Below are positions 11,336 to 22,700 of a stretch of 64,000 nucleotides of DNA, one piece after another. Source of the DNA: Candidatus Poribacteria bacterium (GTDB taxonomy: Bacteria > Poribacteria > WGA-4E > WGA-3G); NCBI GenBank assembly GCA_965215265.1, contig OZ244048.1, positions 288,001 through 352,000 on the forward strand, in the 5' to 3' direction. The notes under the pieces were generated by a model, which saw only the letters and a list, made by a program, of their open reading frames with translations, ran no database searches and was not told where the DNA came from. Every line of letters starts with the position of its first letter. Position 1 is the first letter of the stretch. A program made the position numbers and the translations under genes.

Positions 11336-11364
11336 TTGACATTTTTAGGGTTTTGTAGTATCTT
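11336..11364 (+). promoter_or_regulatory. Sigma70-type promoter candidate
   Basis: TTGACA-17 nt-TATCTT upstream of the ORF at 11461. Confidence 0.55.
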
Positions 11365-11460
11365 TATAAACAGTTTTTATTTTAGCCAGCGGAGATGTCC
11401 CTGCAATAAATAGACTTATGAACGCCTTAAGACCATTATAAGAAGGAGGAAAACAGAATT

Positions 11461-12660
11461 TTGATGAAAAAGGTTGTGATGATACCACTGGTTTTGCTAC
11501 TGATTGGTGGCTTTGGCTGTGATACGAAACAGAAAGGCCCGAGCAACCTGTCGGTAGGCAAAAGTAAACTGGTTGAGAGTGGGCTTGCCTTAGAGGCTGT
11601 TAAACATCTGAAAAAAGCGGAAGAAGAAGAAAAAAATAAATTAGAGCCGCGTGTGCTACTTCTGATTGCATATTCGCATGGACTAGAGGATACAAGTGCG
11701 AGGCACCACGGGGTTGAGGCAGAGTTCAAAAATCAGCGGAAACAACGGATAGAGGCACTTAACGAGACTGAGATGAAAGCGATGCTTCAAATTCTCAGCC
11801 AACCTTCCCGTATTCGGAAGGCGGGGTTGCAAATTTTTGTTGACAAAGGTACGGCAGCGGTGCCTTTACTCTTGGAGAGCCTCGTCAAGGGAAGGTATCC
11901 GAACTTGCATTCTAATTTTAGCGAGATGCTGGTCCAGATAGGGTCTGCAGGGCTCCCTAAGATTTTAGAAACGTTGGCAGCAGAGACAACACCTGACCCG
12001 GTCAGCGTTAAACTGGTGCAGGTGATAGCGGATATTGGTGACCGGCAAGCAGTAGAAGCATTAAAATTGCTGCAAAAATCAACTTTAAATGCAGGTTTGG
12101 CGATGACGATTAACACCACGCTCTATCAACTGGGTGAAGTATCATATAAAGCAGATATTCTTTTGGGGTTAAAAAATAGTGACATCGCGGTTCGGCGTGC
12201 TGCAGCAAAGGCGATGGTGAATATCAGCGATATTCCGCCGAAGGCCCTGATCGACGGACTGACAGACAGCGATTCACAAGTGGTAACAGACCTGGTAAAG
12301 GGATTGGCAATCCACAGAGACGCGGCTGCGGTTGATAGCTTGGTAAATATCCTCACTAGTGAATTAAGCAAAGATGCAAAGCAGGCAGCGATTGAGACAC
12401 TCTCGCTGTATACTGATAACAAATTAGCCAAAACGTTAGCTCGGCAGGTTACAGCGCTCCTTACTGGGGGGACGGTGAGCAATGCGGACAATCGGCTCCA
12501 TCTCGTGCAGCTTCTCAAACGGGAACCGTTGCGTAAGCAGATACTGGCGATAAAATCATTTGAAGATCTTGGGTATAAACTCTATGAGTATTATAAAATT
12601 GAGGAGAGCACGCTCGTGAAAACAACGCTGAAGCAGCTGCTGGATCTACTTCAAAATTAA
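11461..12660 (+). CDS. HEAT-repeat lipoprotein (paralog 1)
   Basis: Lipobox-like GGFGC and HEAT-like repeats (SDIAVRRAAAKAM); clearly similar to 13810-15003. Confidence 0.75.
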   Translation: MMKKVVMIPLVLLLIGGFGCDTKQKGPSNLSVGKSKLVESGLALEAVKHLKKAEEEEKNKLEPRVLLLIAYSHGLEDTSARHHGVEAEFKNQRKQRIEALNETEMKAMLQILSQPSRIRKAGLQIFVDKGTAAVPLLLESLVKGRYPNLHSNFSEMLVQIGSAGLPKILETLAAETTPDPVSVKLVQVIADIGDRQAVEALKLLQKSTLNAGLAMTINTTLYQLGEVSYKADILLGLKNSDIAVRRAAAKAMVNISDIPPKALIDGLTDSDSQVVTDLVKGLAIHRDAAAVDSLVNILTSELSKDAKQAAIETLSLYTDNKLAKTLARQVTALLTGGTVSNADNRLHLVQLLKREPLRKQILAIKSFEDLGYKLYEYYKIEESTLVKTTLKQLLDLLQN

Positions 12661-12733
12661 GGGATTCTCTCCGTTTCCGTTTATGTGTGCCGTCTCAAAT
12701 GGCGCGTGCGGTAAATAGGTCTCAAATAGACAA

Positions 12734-13480
12734 GTGAATCTTATGCTTAATTCCTCAACCAGGCCCCAATGGGAAGAAAAAGATTCTCAAGATTTCATTA
12801 AATACGGAAAGTACTTTGTACCTGACCGGGAGGCACAGATTGATTGCATTTGCGAGTTAATCCCTCGTCCGTCGAAGCCTGCTCATATATTTGATCTTTG
12901 TTGTGGGCAAGGCTTGCTAACTCGCGCGTTGCTCAGCAGGTTCCCTGAGTGCCAAGTTCATGGCTTGGATGGTTCTCTCAAAATGATTGATCAGGTAGAA
13001 AAAGAACTTTCTGTTTATAGGGGCCGTTTTCATACAAGGCAAATCGATTTAGCCGCAAGGGATTGGCGTGAGTTTCCTTTCCCTGTTCATGCCGTGGTAT
13101 CTTCTCTCGCTATTCACCACTTAGATAATACGGAGAAACACCTCTTGTTCAAAGATATGCTATCCCTCCTAACACCAGGCGGTAGTTTCATTATCGCTGA
13201 CTTAATTGAACCTGTGACTCAACTCGGGAAAAGGCATGCAGCTAAAACGTGGGACGAAACAGTGCGTCAGCGTTCACTCGATTTGGATGGAACCCTTTCT
13301 GCTTATAATTACTTCCGTGAGATAGAGTGGAATCTCTTCACGTATCCGGATCCTATTGACAAACCCTCAACCTTACTCAATCAACTTAACTGGCTCAATG
13401 AAGTTGGATTCATTGGGGTTGATGTATTCTGGCTGAAGGCAGGTCATGCGATCTTCGGCGGACGCAAACCGCATGCATAA
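12734..13480 (+). CDS. Class I SAM-dependent methyltransferase (small molecule or tRNA type)
   Basis: Motifs FDLCCGQG, GLDGS, VVSSLAIHHL and LTPGGSFIIAD. Confidence 0.85.
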   Translation: MNLMLNSSTRPQWEEKDSQDFIKYGKYFVPDREAQIDCICELIPRPSKPAHIFDLCCGQGLLTRALLSRFPECQVHGLDGSLKMIDQVEKELSVYRGRFHTRQIDLAARDWREFPFPVHAVVSSLAIHHLDNTEKHLLFKDMLSLLTPGGSFIIADLIEPVTQLGKRHAAKTWDETVRQRSLDLDGTLSAYNYFREIEWNLFTYPDPIDKPSTLLNQLNWLNEVGFIGVDVFWLKAGHAIFGGRKPHA

Positions 13481-13508
13481 GGAAATTTTACGTTATTTTA
13501 AAATTTTG

Positions 13509-13537
13509 TTGACAGAAAAATAGATCTATTTTAGAAT
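13509..13537 (+). promoter_or_regulatory. Sigma70-type promoter, near consensus
   Basis: TTGACA-17 nt-TAGAAT. Confidence 0.7.
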
Positions 13538-13809
13538 ATTTATTTAATGTACTTAAAGTTTGGACAGTTAATGTTGGTTTCAGGTTGAGTTTTCAAGTAT
13601 TACTTCATTTTTCCGAGGGTTTGGCACTTAAGCTGATGTACCAGGCGAAAGCTTTTCATTAAGTTCGGGTATCATACACGCAAAAAATTGTCCAAAGCTT
13701 AGTAAATGTAAGGCACTTTCTGCCGCGGATTGATAGATACAAATGTCCACACTCCGTGCGTGCCACAAACTGAGTAGCTCGAGAATTGAGGAGGAAAGAT
13801 AAAGGGAAC

Positions 13810-15003
13810 ATGAAAATAGTTTTGACGATACTGCTAATTATAGCCGTCTTAAGCGTTGGCTGCCAGCCGGACCAGGTTATCAGTCAACTAGAAGTGGGGC
13901 GAGATAAATTGCTGGGCGCAGGGCTCGCAATTGAAGCGGTTGAGCACCTTAAACAGGCAGAACAAGAAGAAGTCAACAAGGTTGAACCTCGCGCGCTTTT
14001 GCTCATTGCCTATAGCCATGCACTTCATGAAAACATGGCAAAAGTTCACCATGTAGAAAGCGATTACCAACGTGAACGTGCTAAGCGAATTTCGGAACTC
14101 AGTGAGTATGAAATGAAAAAAATTGTACAAATTCTTAATGAACGTCACCGGGTTCAGAAAGCCGGCATACAAATCCTTATTGATAAAGGCGCGCCGGTTG
14201 TTCCGCTGCTTGTGGACAATCTCGTTAAAGGACGTAATAAGAATGCCCACGGCGATTTTATCCAAATTCTAACCGCGATCGGTTCTAAAGGTACAGATCA
14301 ACTCCTTGCATCCGTTGCCGCGGTAGAGACACCACTCGCTGTTAAGATACAATTGGTCCGAATTATAGGCAACAGCGGTGATTCGTCTGCCACAGATAGA
14401 TTAGAATCACTTCATAAAAGCAGTGATGATGCTGGATTAAAGATGGAATTGAGCACAGCACTCTATCTGCTTGGAAACGAAACGTACCAAGAAAACATCA
14501 TTGCGGGGCTCAGCGATAGTAACGTCACCGTTCGTCAAGCCGCTGCAAAATCGATGATTTCGCTTAACCAACCGCCCACAGATATGATGATAAAGGCACT
14601 CCAAGATTCCGATGACACCGTGAGGCACGACATCGCGAACGCGCTGCAGAAACATCATGACGCAAGCGCGGTTGATTCTCTGGTGGCCCTGCTCACCAGC
14701 AATTCAAGTTCCATCACAAAGCAGACAGTTGTAAATACCTTGAACCTTTACGCAGAGAAAGGACTTGCAACAGGGTTAGCAGAACGCCTCATACCTTTGC
14801 TAATGAGCCCTGAGGTAGTGAATCATGAGGACCGGATTCGCATGGTGCAACTGCTTAAAAAGCCTGCACTGCTCAAACAAATTGAAGAGGCAGATAAATA
14901 CGAAAATCTGCCATCTAAACTTTATGATTACTTTGATACCCAGGAAAGCAATGACATGGTGAAAGAGGAACTAAATGCACTCCTGCACTTAATACCTGAG
15001 TAA
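13810..15003 (+). CDS. HEAT-repeat lipoprotein (paralog 2)
   Basis: Start MKIVLT, lipobox LSVGC; shares GLAxEAVxHLKxAE and EPRxLLLIAYSH with paralog 1. Confidence 0.75.
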   Translation: MKIVLTILLIIAVLSVGCQPDQVISQLEVGRDKLLGAGLAIEAVEHLKQAEQEEVNKVEPRALLLIAYSHALHENMAKVHHVESDYQRERAKRISELSEYEMKKIVQILNERHRVQKAGIQILIDKGAPVVPLLVDNLVKGRNKNAHGDFIQILTAIGSKGTDQLLASVAAVETPLAVKIQLVRIIGNSGDSSATDRLESLHKSSDDAGLKMELSTALYLLGNETYQENIIAGLSDSNVTVRQAAAKSMISLNQPPTDMMIKALQDSDDTVRHDIANALQKHHDASAVDSLVALLTSNSSSITKQTVVNTLNLYAEKGLATGLAERLIPLLMSPEVVNHEDRIRMVQLLKKPALLKQIEEADKYENLPSKLYDYFDTQESNDMVKEELNALLHLIPE

Positions 15004-15080
15004 CAGAACAATGCCCACTTCCCGCTCAATCCATGTCTCAAGTGTCAGCTTTTCTCAGGGTTACTTCAAGGAGGACATCG

Positions 15081-16253
15081 ATGCTGAATTCTCCAACAGA
15101 CATCAAGATTACGCAAATTGAGCAGGTTACGTTGGAAATCGACCAGCCTGCTATCGGCTGTAATTCCGGTGCACGTGAGATAAAACAGCCTGAGCCGAAT
15201 GGAAAATGGAAAGAACGGATTATTCGTATCTATACAACGGATGGAACGGTGGGTTGGGGTGCTGGGAGCTGGGGTGCTACGACACCAGAAGATGTCCAAG
15301 GGGCGCTGAACCAAAACCCGTTCTCATTGCTGGATGCGGAAACTGGCGTATTAGAAGAATTCCGGGGCATTGAAAACGCTTTGTGGGATCTCACCGGACG
15401 TCTCCTCGAAAAGCCTGCCTATCAACTTATGGGAACAGATGTGGATGTCTCTGCGAACGGGTTACCGGCTTATGACAGCACCATCTACTTCAATGATCTG
15501 CTTTATGATACAAAGACTGAAGGTCTGAAACGGATTGAAGATGATGTCAAAAGTAGTCTTGCGAATGGGTTTGTGGCTTGCAAAATGAAAATCGGGCGCG
15601 GTAACCATTTAATGGAACGGAAAGCCGGGCTCCATAGAGATATTGAGCTCGTTCGTCTTGCGCGCAGCACCGCAGGCGAAGGATTCAATATCCTCGTTGA
15701 TGCAAATAATGCTTATACTTACGACGAGGTCCTCACTTTCCTGACAGAAACGAGCGATTGCGATGTTTTTTGGATTGAAGAGATGTTCGAAGAAGACGTT
15801 GAGTTGTATCGCAACCTTAAGGCTTGGATTGAAGAAAAGGGGTTGAAGACGTTCATCGCTGATGGTGAGACTCGGACACGTGAACCGCTGGAATTTTATG
15901 AGCCGTTCTTTGAGGCAGGTGTGATTGATGTCATCCAGCACGACATGAAGGGGCTGGGGGTTACAGGTTGGCGGAAGCTAGCCGCTATGGCGGAGGCGGC
16001 AGATGTCCAATGTGCGCCACATAATTGGGGCTCGTTGCTCGGATTCTTCCTCAGTCTGCAATTCGGTAAAACGATCCCGCACTTCCTCTACGGTGAAGTT
16101 GCCACGCTCACCAGTGATGTGATAGATACCTCCGGCTATCGCTTAAAAGATGGCATGTTCACGGTGCCAGATTCTCCCGGGCTCGGTTTGGAATTGCATG
16201 AAAAGGTTTATGCGGAGCGTTACGCAGGTCGGGAAGATTGGCGGGTTAACTGA
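15081..16253 (+). CDS. Mandelate racemase/muconate-lactonizing (enolase superfamily) enzyme
   Basis: Motifs NALWDL, KMKIG, VDANN, WIEE, ADGE, APHNWG and PDSPGLG; SD aggagg before the ATG at 15081. Confidence 0.88.
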   Translation: MLNSPTDIKITQIEQVTLEIDQPAIGCNSGAREIKQPEPNGKWKERIIRIYTTDGTVGWGAGSWGATTPEDVQGALNQNPFSLLDAETGVLEEFRGIENALWDLTGRLLEKPAYQLMGTDVDVSANGLPAYDSTIYFNDLLYDTKTEGLKRIEDDVKSSLANGFVACKMKIGRGNHLMERKAGLHRDIELVRLARSTAGEGFNILVDANNAYTYDEVLTFLTETSDCDVFWIEEMFEEDVELYRNLKAWIEEKGLKTFIADGETRTREPLEFYEPFFEAGVIDVIQHDMKGLGVTGWRKLAAMAEAADVQCAPHNWGSLLGFFLSLQFGKTIPHFLYGEVATLTSDVIDTSGYRLKDGMFTVPDSPGLGLELHEKVYAERYAGREDWRVN

Positions 16254-16392
16254 GACGATTTGCGTGGCTACAGAAACTGCGATGAACGCTTTTCCACAAC
16301 ATTAACAATTAAACAAGGTCTTGCCCATACAATCAGATTCTGCGTCAGCAGCATGGAGCGCGCCTACCAGTACAGGCAGAAGCAGGCATACT

Positions 16393-17469
16393 ATGAAAAA
16401 AATTCTTGTTGCGATGAGCGGTGGGGTGGATAGTTCTGTTACAGCCGCCATGATGGTGGAGGCGGGGCACGATGTGACGGGCATTACCATGCGACTTGGG
16501 GCACCGGATACGATCGGTGTTGAGCCGGAGCGTCCGAATTGCTGCTCGCTTGAGGGGATTGAAGATGCTCGGCGTGTTGCAACCCAATTGGATATCCCGT
16601 TCTACGGTGTCAACTATGAGGATATTTTCCGGGAACAGATTATTGACTACTTTGTGGAGGAGTACCTCGTCGGCAGGACACCGAGTCCGTGTATGGTATG
16701 TAATCGCGAATTGAAGTTCGGGAAGCTCCTCAACCTGGCAGATACGCTGGAATGTGACTTTATCGCGACTGGACATTATGCGCGCGTCGAGAAGGACGCA
16801 GGAACGGGGCGTGCGATGTTACGCACGGCCCGTGATTTAAGCAAAGATCAGTCCTATTTCCTCGCTGCACTCACGCAGGCGCAGCTTTCTCGTGCCTTGA
16901 TGCCTTTGGGTGAATACACCAAAACCGAGGTCCGAGAGCTGGCCAGAAAGTATGACTTGCGAACGGCTGAAAAAATTGAGAGTCAAGAGCTCTGCTTTGT
17001 GGCGGATACGAACTATAGACGTTTCCTCAAAGATAGAGTGCCTGAAAAAATTGAGGGTGGCAATATTGTAGATAGAGCAGGCAAGGTTCTCGGTAAGCAT
17101 CAAGGTGTGCCGTTTTATACCGTTGGACAGCGGCGGGGTTTAGGCATCGCTACCGGAAAACCGCTCTACGTTACGCGGCTCAACGCTGCAGAGAATACCG
17201 TGGTCGTCGGCGAATCTGATGAACTCTTGGCAGATACGATGAACGTTGAACGCCTCAACTTGATTGCGTATGATAGGCTAACAGAGCCGCTTCGCGCGCA
17301 CGTCAAAATTCGTTCACGGGACGAAGGTGCCCTCGCAACGATATATCCTCTGACTGAAACCGAAGCCGAGGTGAAGTTTGATATTCCTCGTCGCGCGATT
17401 ACACCTGGACAAGCCACTGTGTTTTACGATGGCGAGTATGTTATCGGTGGCGGCTGGATAAAAGTCTAA
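16393..17469 (+). CDS. mnmA: tRNA 2-thiouridine(34) synthase
   Basis: Motifs AMSGGVDSS, TPSPCMVCN..LKF, ATGHYAR, KDQSYFL, ESQELCF, YTVGQRRGLG and TPGQ. Confidence 0.97.
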   Translation: MKKILVAMSGGVDSSVTAAMMVEAGHDVTGITMRLGAPDTIGVEPERPNCCSLEGIEDARRVATQLDIPFYGVNYEDIFREQIIDYFVEEYLVGRTPSPCMVCNRELKFGKLLNLADTLECDFIATGHYARVEKDAGTGRAMLRTARDLSKDQSYFLAALTQAQLSRALMPLGEYTKTEVRELARKYDLRTAEKIESQELCFVADTNYRRFLKDRVPEKIEGGNIVDRAGKVLGKHQGVPFYTVGQRRGLGIATGKPLYVTRLNAAENTVVVGESDELLADTMNVERLNLIAYDRLTEPLRAHVKIRSRDEGALATIYPLTETEAEVKFDIPRRAITPGQATVFYDGEYVIGGGWIKV

Positions 17470-17570
17470 GTAGAAAGGACAGCGAAACGCAAGCGCCCTT
17501 TCGCTTCGAAAGTTTTAAAGGAACATTCAAACCTCATCGCCCCCGACCGGCCGTTCCATTCCACATCCAC

Positions 17571-18488
17571 ATGAAACCAGAGCTCGTTTGCCTCCTTGGT
17601 CCTACAGCCGTTGGGAAAACAGACATAGCAATTGAGCTGGCACAACACCTTAAGGCTGAGATTGTGTCTGTAGATTCACGGCAAATTTATCGGTATATGG
17701 ATATCGGCACTGCGAAACCGACATCGGAACAGCGGAAGGCTGCCCGGCACCACCTGATTGATTGTGTGGACATTGCGCAGCCCTTCTCCGTTGCTGACTT
17801 TCAAGAATTGGCGGATGCTGCAATTGCGGATATCCAAAATAGAGGTAAGCTGCCGCTGCTAGTCGGGGGTGCGGGGCTCTATTTTCGTGCAATTGTAGAT
17901 GGGCTGTTTGAGGGTCCTGGGGCAGATGATGCGATTCGGAGGCGGCTTCAGGAAGAATTAGAGCAGCTCGGTTCAGCAGCGCTCTATGAGCGTCTCTGTA
18001 GCTACGATGCGGATGCTGCTGTCCGTATCCATCCGAATGACGTGGTGCGCGTCATTCGTGCTTTAGAAATCTACGAACTCACGGGCACCCCAATCTCCGA
18101 GCTACAGCAACAGTGGAATAAACCGCCAAGGTATGCGTTTCGTGCGTTCTGTCTAACGATGTCGCGGGCGAATCTGTACTGCTGTATTGAGCGGCGGGTT
18201 GATTTGATGATAGCGAACGGTTTGGTTGAAGAGGTTAAAGGATTATTGGTGCGTGGATATGCCCGTGATTCTATCGCACTCCAAAGTTTCGGGTACAAGG
18301 AACTGATTGCCTATCTAGATGGGGAGTGCGCGTTAGCGGAGGCGGTTGCGCAGCTAAAGCAGAACACCCGGCGGTTTGCGAAACGGCAGTTGACGTGGTT
18401 CCGCAAAGATTCGCGTCTTGAATGGGTAAACCGGGAAGCTGTTTCGGAGGTTGTGTCGTATCTGTTAGAGCGAGTTGGCCAGATTTGA
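17571..18488 (+). CDS. miaA: tRNA dimethylallyltransferase
   Basis: Motifs GPTAVGKT, DSRQIYRYMDIGTAKP, RALEI and TRRFAKRQLTWFR. Confidence 0.97.
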   Translation: MKPELVCLLGPTAVGKTDIAIELAQHLKAEIVSVDSRQIYRYMDIGTAKPTSEQRKAARHHLIDCVDIAQPFSVADFQELADAAIADIQNRGKLPLLVGGAGLYFRAIVDGLFEGPGADDAIRRRLQEELEQLGSAALYERLCSYDADAAVRIHPNDVVRVIRALEIYELTGTPISELQQQWNKPPRYAFRAFCLTMSRANLYCCIERRVDLMIANGLVEEVKGLLVRGYARDSIALQSFGYKELIAYLDGECALAEAVAQLKQNTRRFAKRQLTWFRKDSRLEWVNREAVSEVVSYLLERVGQI

Positions 18489-18767
18489 TGCGTATCGCGA
18501 TGAAGAGATAGCTCTTAGAGTTGTCTGACAAAGTGGCGAGCTATCTCTCTGAAGTGGCGGCGTACCTCTTCAAGACGGTTGGGGCATGAGTAACTTTTAC
18601 GAAAAAAAGGAGCCCCGAACGCCCACGCACCGACGTTCCGAGTGCCGTGTCTATAAAGAGGCAGAGGTATCTCCTCTGCCCAGCATCGGAGGAAGCACAT
18701 CATCTCTTTCTTCAGAGCAGCACAACGTACTCGCCTTGATTAAAGGGGAGCGGTGCCTTCGCATAAC

Positions 18768-19538
18768 ATGAGTATAAAAACAGTTACAACAGATTGGGGA
18801 GAGATGGCCTACGTTGATTCAGACAGGTCACGGCTTCCTCTGCTTTTCTTACACGGTACCGGGTGTGATTTATGGGATTGGATGTCGGTAGTTGAAGGAT
18901 TAACACCCCATCTGAGGTACATCGCGCTCGATTTTCGTGGGCACGGGCAGAGTAGCGTGCCTCTAAAACCGTTTACAGTAGCAGACCTCGCTGACGATGT
19001 TTTGTTCCTGACAGACTATTTGCAGGTTCAAGAGATGCTGCTTATTGGGCATAGTCTTGGAGGCATGGTTGCGATGGAAGTTGCTCGGCATTCGTTGCGT
19101 GTGGCTGGGCTTGTTCTGATAGAAGGGTGGACGAGCCTTTCCGCGGCGGGTGAAGCTTTCGAGACAGGTCGATTTTACGGTTCGCTGTCCGAAACCGAAA
19201 TTGCTCATATTCAGTGCAAGGCATAAGGGACGCGGCACCGTTTTAAACCTCAAGTCTGGAACAGTTTCTGGGCATCTGTGAAGAGATTTGATGGCTACAG
19301 TTATCTTCAGGACGCGGGCATCCCTATTTGTGAGGTCTTTGGCAGTATGGGACGGAATGATTCTAGTGAAAAGAAGTTGCGCGTACCGCCTAATCCGAGA
19401 ATTGAATGGAGATGGCTTCACAACGCTGGACATTACTTGGCCCAAGAGTGTCCGGATGAAGTCGCGGAAGTCTGTGTTCGTCATCTTGAGGACCTGATTA
19501 CGGATTGTAGATGGAATATTTCTTGCGATTTTGTATGA
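18768..19538 (+). pseudogene. Alpha/beta hydrolase interrupted by an in-frame TAA at 19224-19226
   Basis: FLHGTG, DFRGHGQS and GHSLGG before the stop; the same frame continues to AGHYL. Confidence 0.8.
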
Positions 19539-19725
19539 AATTTGCTATACTTCATTATACCGTTGTGAACTTTTTTAGAAAAACTTTGTCTGTTAAAAGA
19601 TAAAACATGTGAAGCACCTGTCACGAACGTTTTTAAAATATCTATGATACTCGTGATTGCCTAAACTTTGAGCAAAAAGGCGACATTGTGGAGAAACAAC
19701 TTCGTTGGTCTGATCGGAGGAAAAG

Positions 19726-22700
19726 ATGAATAGTAGAGAGAGCTACGCGGAATTACAGTCAAAGATTTTAGGAGCGCGGCGCGTCTGGAAACGGAGTCTA
19801 TTCTGGACCGGTGCCGCTATCGTTTTAATAGGAGTAGTGGCAGTAGTAGTCGGGGAATCCTTGGTCGATTGGTTGATGCCGCTGCCGAGCCCGGTCCGGA
19901 TTGTTTTGCTTGGAGGCATCTTACTTGCAGCATGCTATCTACTTTACAGATACCTCATTCAACCACTACGTGCGTCCCTCACGCTGCGCGATGTCGCCCT
20001 TAATGTGGAACGTAACCATCCTAACCTTGAAGATAGACTGGTGAGTGCTGTGCAATTTGGGAATCGCGAGCCGACCGATGAAATAGAAGCGCACATGCTG
20101 GGACGGCTGCTTGAGGATACGACGCAACGTGTAAAAGGCATAGATTTTAAAGCGACAATAGACCACAGTCGGACGCGGAAGTCGGTCGGTATTGCATTTT
20201 TGTGCCTCACTGTTTGCGCGCTTCTTTCACTGCTATTTCCGACAGAAATCCATACGAGCCTGCTGCGGGTGTTCGTGCCTTGGGAAAAAACAGATCCAAT
20301 TCTGATGACGAAACTCGCTGTGGCACCAGGAAACGCTCGCATATTGAGTGGCAAAAGCGTGCCAATTCAGGTTACCGTGACGGGTAAGTCTGCTGACAAG
20401 GTTGTCTTGGTTTATGAAAAACCGGGTAGAGTGGCACCGGTAGATGGTCAAAACGCGTCCGTTAGCACGGAACAAGAGATTAATATGGTGCAAGACCCGG
20501 AGGATAGACGCGATTTTGGTTATGAAATTTTCAACATTACTGCGGACATGGAATACTATGTTAAAGCGAATGAGGTGATATCAGAACGTTTTACGGTTGA
20601 AGTCTTTGAAATGCCGAGAATGGACGAAATCTCTGTGGCTTATACCTATCCTGACTATACCGGACTCAAACCTGTTGTACAACAAGGGAATGGTGATATC
20701 CGCACAGTGGTAGGTACACAAGCAGAGATCCGGCTTAAAACGAACAAGGCCATCCAAACCGCAAAGTTCACGGTTCATGATAATACCACGCGAGATGTCT
20801 CCGTTATTCAAGAGAAAGATTCGGAGGTACAGGTGCCGAATCAGATTGAAATGGAAATCTTTGATGGCATGACGCTTACTACAACGTTAGATGTTCAAGC
20901 AGATGGCCGTTACACTGTCGAACTTCTGTGTATTGATGGTTTTAAGAATGAAGTTCCGATTAAATACACGATTAAGGCAGTTCCGGATGGTGCCCCCGAA
21001 GTAGTTATCAAAGAGCCCGGGCGAGATGTGAAAGCGACAAAACTTGAAGAAGTGCAGGTCGTCGCCGAGGCGAAGGACGACTATGGCGTTGAACGGTTAT
21101 CGCTGATGTATAGCGTTGGCTCTGGCGATGTGCAGGAACTGGCGATGGAAACGGCTGATGTAGAAGAAAAGAATCTCCGCAGAGGCAGTTACACCTTCTA
21201 TCTAGAAGAGTTTGACGTGGAGCCGGGGGAAATCATTTCATACTATGCCCAAGCGACCGATAACAACACGCTCACAGGGCCTGGAGAGGCGAGCAGTGAT
21301 ATCTACTTCATTGAGGTGCGGCCGTTTAATGAACGCTTTCAAGAAGCCGAGGCACAGCAAGGGCAGCCTGAACTGAACCCACTCCGGGAGATACTTGCAT
21401 CCCAAAAACAGGTTATTCGCGAAACGTGGAAGCACATCAATGGGCAGCCTCCAACGGTCACAGAAGAATATAGATTTGCCGTTAAGAAAACCGGTGAGAA
21501 GCAGTCGGACATCAAGCAGAAAACGCAGCGATTGGTAGACGAAATTAGCATGGCGATGCAGACAGAGGCAGTGTCACCAGAAATTTTGATGAATTTGGAA
21601 GAGGCAGTTGACAAAATGGGTGCAGCAAGCGATAGCCTGCACGCCATCCAACCGGAAGTGGCGATGCCCCCTGAACAAGACGCACTTGAGCTCCTACTCA
21701 AGGTGAGTCTTGAACTCCCCAAGGTTTTGACACAGATGCGGAATAGTAATCCACAACTCGCAGAAAACCTTGAACTTGAATTGGAGGACTTGCAAAGCGA
21801 AATTCAGCAAGACCAAAATGAATTGGATCAGGCGATGCAAGAACAGACGCAAGAGATGTTAGAACAGGCACGTGATATGTTGGAGCAGCAAGAACAGTTG
21901 AATGAACAGAGTCAGCAGTTAGGACGGGAAAGTCAACCTTCGCCGAGTGAAATGCAGCAGAATAGCCAGCAACAGGGGCAGCTATCCGAGCAAGCCGGTA
22001 ATATGGCACAGCGGCTAAATCAGATGCAGCAAAATAGTCAACCGAGTGGGGAGCAGCGCGCTGACAGATATGGGCAAGCAGGGCAAGCCATGCAACAGGC
22101 CGGACAACAGATGGAACAAGCAGCACAAGGGATGGAACAGCAGACACCGCAATTAAGTGCTGCTAAAGGTGAACAAGCCGCCGTGCAGCTTGAAGACGCG
22201 ATTGAACAGCTGGAGAAAGTTGCTGCTGAATTCACAGAGGATACGCTTGAAAGAGCAATGCAGCAGCTGCAGCAGTTGACAGCTGACCAATCCGCTGTTC
22301 AACAGCAGACAAAAGCGCTGAGGAATCAGTCTGAAAATTCGGATATGCAGCCTGAAGATTTTCAGCAAGCCTCTGAAGTTGCAAATCAACAGCGGACGCT
22401 TCAGCGGGATTTGGAATCCCTCGAAAGCACACTTCAAAGTCTGCATGAGCAGCTGAGTCAGACGAATCCAGAGGCGGCGCGAAACGTTGCGGATGCAACC
22501 CGTCGATTTGCGGAGGAGAGTACCACCGAAGATATGGCAACCGCACAGCGCGCGTTGCAATGGAGGAGCTTCAGGGCCGCTGAGCAAAATCAGCAGGAAG
22601 CCTTGCAAGCGCTTGAACAAGCACAAAACGACTTGCAACAGGCGAGAGCGAATATGGCAACGACAGAAGCAGAACAGTTGGAAGCCGCACTTGAACAACT

